Source: Nitrospirota bacterium (GTDB taxonomy: Bacteria; Nitrospirota; Thermodesulfovibrionia; Thermodesulfovibrionales; Dissulfurispiraceae). From it: DNA of 64,000 nt. Under the pieces are notes generated by a model. That model made no database searches and was not told where the DNA came from. It was given only the letters and a program-made list of their open reading frames with translations. How positions within the stretch are numbered: position 1 is the stretch's first letter; each line of letters begins with the position of its first letter. Shown here piece after piece: positions 58,879 to 64,000 of the stretch. The stretch lies in assembly GCA_963710375.1 (NCBI GenBank), contig CAVPZX010000005.1:461823-525822 (forward strand). The letters run 5' to 3'. The translations under genes were made by a program, and so were the position numbers.

Positions 58879-59910
58879 ATGAATCAGTTGATAAATATTA
58901 AGAAGGCCCCCTCAAAGATACTCATTATTAAGCCGAGTTCTCTCGGTGATGTTGTGCATAGCCTGCCTTTTCTCAACGTGATGCGGGAGTCTTTCCCCAG
59001 TGCTGAAATTCACTGGGTGATTGCAAAGGGGCTTGAAGGGCTGCTCGAAAACCATCCGATGGTGCAGAAACTCCTGGTAATTAACAAAGATCAGTGGAAA
59101 GATATGAAAAGGATACGCGAGACAGTGTCTGAGTTCAGAAGCCTTATGGGCGCACTTAAGGGCGAATCCTATGATATTGCGGTTGACCTGCAGGGCTTGC
59201 TGAGGAGCGGGATACTGACCGCTGCAAGCAAGGCGCCTGTGCGCCTGGGCTTCAGTGAAGCCCGTGAAGGCAGTCGTCTATTTTACACACAGACTATAAC
59301 CGGTGGCAGGGAAATACATGCTGTTGACCGTTACCTGAAGATAGCTTCAGCCCTGGGATGCGATACCCGGACTGTTGCCTTTCCATTACCGCTTGTGAAG
59401 GAATCACCGAAAATCCGGCGGCTGAAACATGAAATAGGAAAGTATGCGGTGTTTGCCCCCGGTGCCCGATGGAAGACAAAACAGTGGCCTGCAGAGCGTT
59501 TTGGGCAACTCTCGTCCATGCTCAGCATGCCGGGTATTTTTATAGGCAGCGGAGCTGATGAGGCCCTTACAGAAGAGGCGGCAGCGCACTCAAAAGGCAA
59601 AGCAATATCCATGGCAGGGAAAACCGACATCAAAGAATTGATTTCCGTTATCAGGAAGGCCGTGTTTATGGTGACAAACGACTCGGGCCCAATGCATATT
59701 GCCGCGGCGTGCGGCGTGCCTGTTGTGGCATTGTTCGGCCCCACCAATCCTGCCAGGACCGGTCCTTACGGAAGAGGACACATTGTCATCAGAGGAGATA
59801 GTGCATGCGCACCGTGTTACAAAAAGAAATGTAAAGACATCAGATGTATGGATTCCATTTCAGTCGATGAAGTGTATGAAAAAATACAGGCAATGGGCTA
59901 TGGGCAATAG
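58879..59910 (+). CDS. GT9 LPS heptosyltransferase (WaaC-like)
   Basis: IKPSSLGDVVH, DLQGLLRS, NDSGPMHIA. Confidence 0.88.
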   Translation: MNQLINIKKAPSKILIIKPSSLGDVVHSLPFLNVMRESFPSAEIHWVIAKGLEGLLENHPMVQKLLVINKDQWKDMKRIRETVSEFRSLMGALKGESYDIAVDLQGLLRSGILTAASKAPVRLGFSEAREGSRLFYTQTITGGREIHAVDRYLKIASALGCDTRTVAFPLPLVKESPKIRRLKHEIGKYAVFAPGARWKTKQWPAERFGQLSSMLSMPGIFIGSGADEALTEEAAAHSKGKAISMAGKTDIKELISVIRKAVFMVTNDSGPMHIAAACGVPVVALFGPTNPARTGPYGRGHIVIRGDSACAPCYKKKCKDIRCMDSISVDEVYEKIQAMGYGQ

Positions 59911-60018
59911 GCAATAGGCTATGGGAAAAAAACGAAAGAGAATTTTATTTTCCAACGTCTAATGTACTATTACATATTGATTATTGCCTGTATTTCTTTA
60001 TGAAAGGAGCTTGAAAAA

Positions 60019-60456
60019 ATGAATTACCGAATCGGTGAGCCCGGAAGGATTGTAGTGGCCAGATTTGAGGACGGAGACCAGATACTCCAGGGACTTTGTG
60101 ATATAGCTAAAAAAGAGAACATCAGGGCAGCGGTATTTTACCTGGTGGGCGGCATGAAAGGCGGCAAGTTTGTAGTGGGACCGGAACGGGAGGAAATGCC
60201 CCCTGTGCCTGTATGGCGCGAGCTGAAGGAAAGTCATGAGATCGTAGGCCTGGGCACAATCTTCTGGCAGGGCGACGAACCAAAGCTCCACTTCCACGGC
60301 GCGTACGCAAAGCGTGACAATGTAAAAGCCGGCTGCATGAGAGAAAATGCCGAAACATTCCTTGTCCTTGAGGCAATCATAATGGAAATTGAGGGCGTGA
60401 ATGCCGCGCGGGAGCTTGACCCAATTTCAGGAATGGCCCTTCTCAAACTCCGGTAG
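60019..60456 (+). CDS. PPC/DUF296 domain protein
   Basis: ARFEDGD, EIVGLGTI, LHFHG. Confidence 0.8.
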   Translation: MNYRIGEPGRIVVARFEDGDQILQGLCDIAKKENIRAAVFYLVGGMKGGKFVVGPEREEMPPVPVWRELKESHEIVGLGTIFWQGDEPKLHFHGAYAKRDNVKAGCMRENAETFLVLEAIIMEIEGVNAARELDPISGMALLKLR

Positions 60457-60509
60457 TTGGTTAGTTTGTTTTTGCTTTCGGAATTTGATAGTATAAAAAG
60501 AACTCCCCT

Positions 60510-60597
60510 GGAGGGGTGGCCGAGCGGTTTAAGGCGACAGTCTTGAAAATTGTTGTAGGATTATATCCTACCGTGAGTTCGAATCTCACCCCCTCCG
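60510..60597 (+). tRNA. tRNA-Ser (TGA)
   Basis: GGAGGGG/CCCCTCC acceptor stem, anticodon arm acagt-ctTGAaa-attgt, long variable arm. Confidence 0.93.
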
Positions 60598-60737
60598 CTT
60601 AACTTTCCTTCTAATATCAATAGCTTACCAAAGTATTATGTAAAAAAGCACCGTGAACAAACCGTGAACAGAATGTCCAGAAAAAATAAACTGCTGAGCA
60701 ATGGGAAATGCTAGAATAGACTCAGGAGGGCATCCAT

Positions 60738-60950
60738 ATGAAAAGCATCACATTTAATGACGCTCTTGAGGTTGTGGAATCTCTGACGGAAGAACAACGG
60801 GAATCACTTCTTGAGATTATCAGAAACCGTTTAATCGAGGAACGTAGAGACAAGCTTGCCTTAAGTCTTAAAAAAGCAAAAAGGGAATATGAAAAGGGTG
60901 AGATTCGCAGGGGGCGTGTGGACGACCTCATGCGGGAAGTCTCCAGATGA
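60738..60950 (+). CDS. Putative antitoxin
   Basis: 70-aa helical protein with ATGA overlap to the RelE/YafQ-like gene. Confidence 0.7.
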   Translation: MKSITFNDALEVVESLTEEQRESLLEIIRNRLIEERRDKLALSLKKAKREYEKGEIRRGRVDDLMREVSR

Positions 60951-61231
60951 GAAGCCTCATATGGAGCAAAACCTTTGTGCGGGCTTTCAAAAGGATATTG
61001 AGAAAGCAGCCTGATGTTCGCCAGGACATAGAAGACACATTACGGATCTTGCTTAATAACCCTTTTGTACAAGAGCTTGAAACGAACAAACTCAAATGGA
61101 AATTAATCGGCTCATGGGCATGCAGTGCAGGGTATGATCTGCGTATTGTTTTTGATTTTGTAAAAGACAAAAAGCGAAAAGAAGATGATATTTTTCTTAT
61201 AGAGATTGGAACACACGATGAGGTGTATTAG
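60947..61231 (+). CDS. RelE/YafQ family mRNA interferase toxin
   Basis: WSKTFVRAFK, WACSAGYDLRIVF, IGTHDEVY. Confidence 0.88.
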   Translation: MRSLIWSKTFVRAFKRILRKQPDVRQDIEDTLRILLNNPFVQELETNKLKWKLIGSWACSAGYDLRIVFDFVKDKKRKEDDIFLIEIGTHDEVY

Positions 61232-61300
61232 TGTCAACCTCGGACTGTCTTTGTCAAATAAGGAGAACTGTTGTTCCCTCTATTCACATGGCGGTTGCTA

Positions 61301-62110
61301 ATGCTTAAAATATTAAAATCGCCTTGGGAAAACACTTTTTTTAACCTCTTAAAGGAAGCGAAAGAAACTGTTTACCTTGCAAGTCCTTTTATAAAACAGC
61401 AGACGGCAAGGCTTATCACAAAGCATTCAAGTCGTGATATTGATTTCAGATACATCAATTCTTTTAAACTGTCGAATTTTCACAGGGGGGCGTCCGACTT
61501 GGAGGCATTGAGGATTCTGACCAAGAAAGGATTCAGGCAAAAAAACGTTCACAACTTGCACGCTAAGATTTTTATCTTCGATAACGTTGCAGTTATCACA
61601 TCCAGCAACCTGACGCCTGGAGGGCTTAGAAACAATCTTGAGTATGGCGTTCTTATCCGGGATGAAACTGTCGGGGAAATTAAAGACGACTATATAAGAA
61701 TATTCGACAACCCCAATTATCCAGAGATAACCCTCGACATTATCAAGAAAGCCGAGGACATACTCCGCTCTGTTCCCCTTGAAAAACAGAAAAAGATAAG
61801 GGTTACTGAGAAAGCTATCTTCGAAGATGTTATTAATGACGAGAACATCGAAGAAAGGTTTGACGGAGGCGTCGAGAGCATCAGGGCAAATCTGCCTGCA
61901 TGGAAAAAAGATGTCTTCGAATGCCTGCTGAAGCTCAAAAATGATGTCTTCTCTCTTCAAGAAGTTTATGCTTTTACGAGGGAATTATCACAAATTCATC
62001 CAAGAAACCAAAATGTCAAAGCCAAGATAAGACAACAACTGCAGTATTTGCGTGATATTGGTCTGGTAGAGTTCACAAAACCAGGTCTTTACAAAAAATT
62101 ATGGGCATAG
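61301..62110 (+). CDS. PLD-like nuclease fused to DpnI-type winged-helix domain
   Basis: LASPFI, LHAKIFIFD, SSNLT..G...NLE (PLD); FSLQEVYAF...HPRNQNVKAKIRQQLQYLRDIGLVEF (DpnI C-terminal wH). Confidence 0.82.
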   Translation: MLKILKSPWENTFFNLLKEAKETVYLASPFIKQQTARLITKHSSRDIDFRYINSFKLSNFHRGASDLEALRILTKKGFRQKNVHNLHAKIFIFDNVAVITSSNLTPGGLRNNLEYGVLIRDETVGEIKDDYIRIFDNPNYPEITLDIIKKAEDILRSVPLEKQKKIRVTEKAIFEDVINDENIEERFDGGVESIRANLPAWKKDVFECLLKLKNDVFSLQEVYAFTRELSQIHPRNQNVKAKIRQQLQYLRDIGLVEFTKPGLYKKLWA

Positions 62111-62282
62111 TGATAAATTGTGACCTTTCTATAATGATCCAGCAAATAATATGATCAGAGAAAAATTAGGGACACATCCCATTGTCCTCTGTTTCCGTCC
62201 CAATATCTTAATTTAAGCCTCTGCCAACCTCATATGTTTCTACCAGTAATCCGCGTATTTAATCAATAGAAAAAATGTTTGA

Positions 62283-62510
62283 TCATTTCTCGAAACGTTG
62301 CCGGATTTTTTGAAACACTTCACTACCCGAAACAGGCATTACACACCCAGATCGCAATTCTGTGAGCCGACGTTTGGCAACCTTAGCCCATTCTCTGTCT
62401 ATTTCAGATGATGTGGGATTAAGTGACAGGAGTAAATAATCGATAATAACTGCCCTTTCCTCGACAGGAAGGGATTCAGCTTCGTGCATTATCTCTTTCA
62501 TGCCATGCAT
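62283..62510 (-). CDS. Putative addiction module antitoxin component
   Basis: SLPVEERA..IDYLLLSL...IDREWAKVAKRR. Confidence 0.8.
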   Translation of the reverse strand: MHGMKEIMHEAESLPVEERAVIIDYLLLSLNPTSSEIDREWAKVAKRRLTELRSGCVMPVSGSEVFQKIRQRFEK

Positions 62511-62518
62511 AATCTACC

Positions 62519-62830
62519 TTATACCTCCTTCCTTATTTGATAGCACGCTGTCTTTGATTGCCCCTTGTCCGAAAACTCAGATTCGAGTTCCTCCTGGTCC
62601 AACTCAACAGTAGCTGCGCCATAACGCTGACAGCTTAAGAGAAAAGCGACACGAGATATTCCCGCAAGTTCTGCGGCCCGCCCCGATGACAAGCGGCCTA
62701 TCTCGTAAAGTTTGACGGCAAGAGCGACCTTGGCTTCCTGCTCGAATGTCTCAGGACTCAGGTTAAGAGTGGCAAGCACGGACTCAGGATATTTTATAGC
62801 TAACGTCTTCAAGCGTACCTCCCTAATCAT
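62519..62830 (-). CDS. UPF0175 family protein
   Basis: LAVKLYEIGRLSSGRAAELAGISRVAFL. Confidence 0.85.
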   Translation of the reverse strand: MIREVRLKTLAIKYPESVLATLNLSPETFEQEAKVALAVKLYEIGRLSSGRAAELAGISRVAFLLSCQRYGAATVELDQEELESEFSDKGQSKTACYQIRKEV

Positions 62831-63072
62831 ATATCATTAGCATACCACAAATATTTTATCAATTCCGTATCGGATATAGAGAAAATAATATCCAGCTCCA
62901 TTAATTATTTAGAGGAGCCGCTATATATAGACATAATCAAAGCGGCCTTTGAAATCAGCGATATTGCCGAACTTACAATAGACTTATCGCGGGAACAGCA
63001 AGGCATCTTGGCACCCCATCGATAAACAATAACCCGCAATTGTGTGCACGCCATGAGTTTATGATACCGAAA

Positions 63073-63999
63073 TCAGAAAAAACTGGGTAACACTTTTCCG
63101 TTTCGGGTAATGGTTATAAAGCCTTTCATGTTCAGCCAGGACTCCACGGCGATGCGCCAGGCCGCTTGCGGCTGAACTCCCTCACTGCATAATATATCAT
63201 TTTGCAAGTTCGTTATCCAGTCATAGGCATCCCTCCTTTCCCATTTGGAAAACGTTCTTTTGCCGGTGAAGTACACCTGGCAAGCATTCTTACCACTCAA
63301 GCATGGACGAGGCCGGTGATTAAGATCATGCTCAACTGTCGAGGCATATGCCTCCAGGTGTTCACGCGGACAAGAGGGTTTATAAGCGAGCTTCGAAGCA
63401 AGCCCGTTTTTCAGCTCGGTTTGCGCTTCTTCGATAGCGCCATTGTAAGGCGGATAATGAACCGGACTGTTCACCGGCATGACGAAGTAATCAGCAAGCA
63501 CGTCATTGACCGCCGAATGATTGAGGTTACCGCCATTGTCCCGCTTGAGAAACAGTGGCGAGCCGAAACGGTTGAAGGTTGCAGTAAGATAGCCGGATAT
63601 TTCTTCGCCGCAGGGGATGTCTCCTGTCATGGGATTGAACTTGTAGCGAGAAGCCATGTCCTGCATCTGGTTCAGGTACATCTTTGCGCCGGTTTCGTCA
63701 CGCTGTGCGTATTCGCAGGGGTCCATAGACCACGCAACGTTCGGCACGTTCCAGTGAATGCGCCTCAGATTCTGTCGGTGCAACATATTGAGATCATGCC
63801 TCGCCATCGGTACCATTCTTTGCAACTCCCTTCTTGAGACGCCTGATGCGTAACGAGCATATAATGCCCCCGTGCCCTGTGTGCGATTATAACCATGAGA
63901 CAACTGATCAATATCCCGCTTCAGTTTGTCCATATCCGGCGGCCTGACTTTGGGAGGACCCGGCTGCCGAACGAGAGGCGTGTCTTTCTTATGCCGCAT
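63073..63999 (-). mobile_element. IS transposase with rve/DDE integrase core (5' end probably outside the window)
   Basis: PNVAWSMD, LKRDNGG, PPYNGAIE, NHRPR. Confidence 0.8.
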
Positions 64000-64000
64000 G

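Noticed and set aside
60510..60597. Long tRNA with TGA as a possible tRNA-Sec
   Set aside because: The anticodon is TGA (reads UCA, Ser). tRNA-Sec has anticodon TCA and an extended acceptor stem; this one has a normal 7-bp stem.

Overview
A bacterial chromosomal window of mostly housekeeping genes. A Nitrospirota/Thermodesulfovibrionia-like anaerobe is my inference from gene content and intergenic repeat style, not a verified assignment. Housekeeping genes include aroF, hisC, pheA, pyk, nadB, mqnB, trxB, mgsA, lysA-dapF-dapA, an Opp/Dpp ATPase pair, ihfB, sppA, rpsA, ispH, cmk, apt, MTAP, aroA, tyrA, LPS heptose genes and icmF, plus five tRNAs (Met, Leu, Glu, Lys, Ser). Main points of interest: (1) two selenoprotein genes that the ORF track breaks at in-frame TGA codons, each with a UxxC motif and a SECIS-like hairpin. 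One is a peroxiredoxin-like protein. The other is a Sec-containing DsrE/TusD heading a DsrEFH/TusDCB-like operon next to tRNA-Glu(UUC) and tRNA-Lys(UUU). (2) A ~7.5 kb integrative element in tRNA-Met, bounded by 48-bp att repeats. It carries a Rep_trans protein, a nic-like hairpin, a C-protein/REase/C5-MTase/Vsr module and an integrase whose C-terminus would change on excision. (3) An older att remnant beside it, carrying a toxin gene broken by a 13-bp duplication. (4) A DapF-PilZ fusion. (5) A defence/TA islet after tRNA-Ser with a PLD nuclease fused to a DpnI-type winged helix. Three housekeeping genes (hisC, mqnB, lysA) carry single-base frameshifts, probably assembly errors. All family assignments come from motif recognition by eye; no searches were run.
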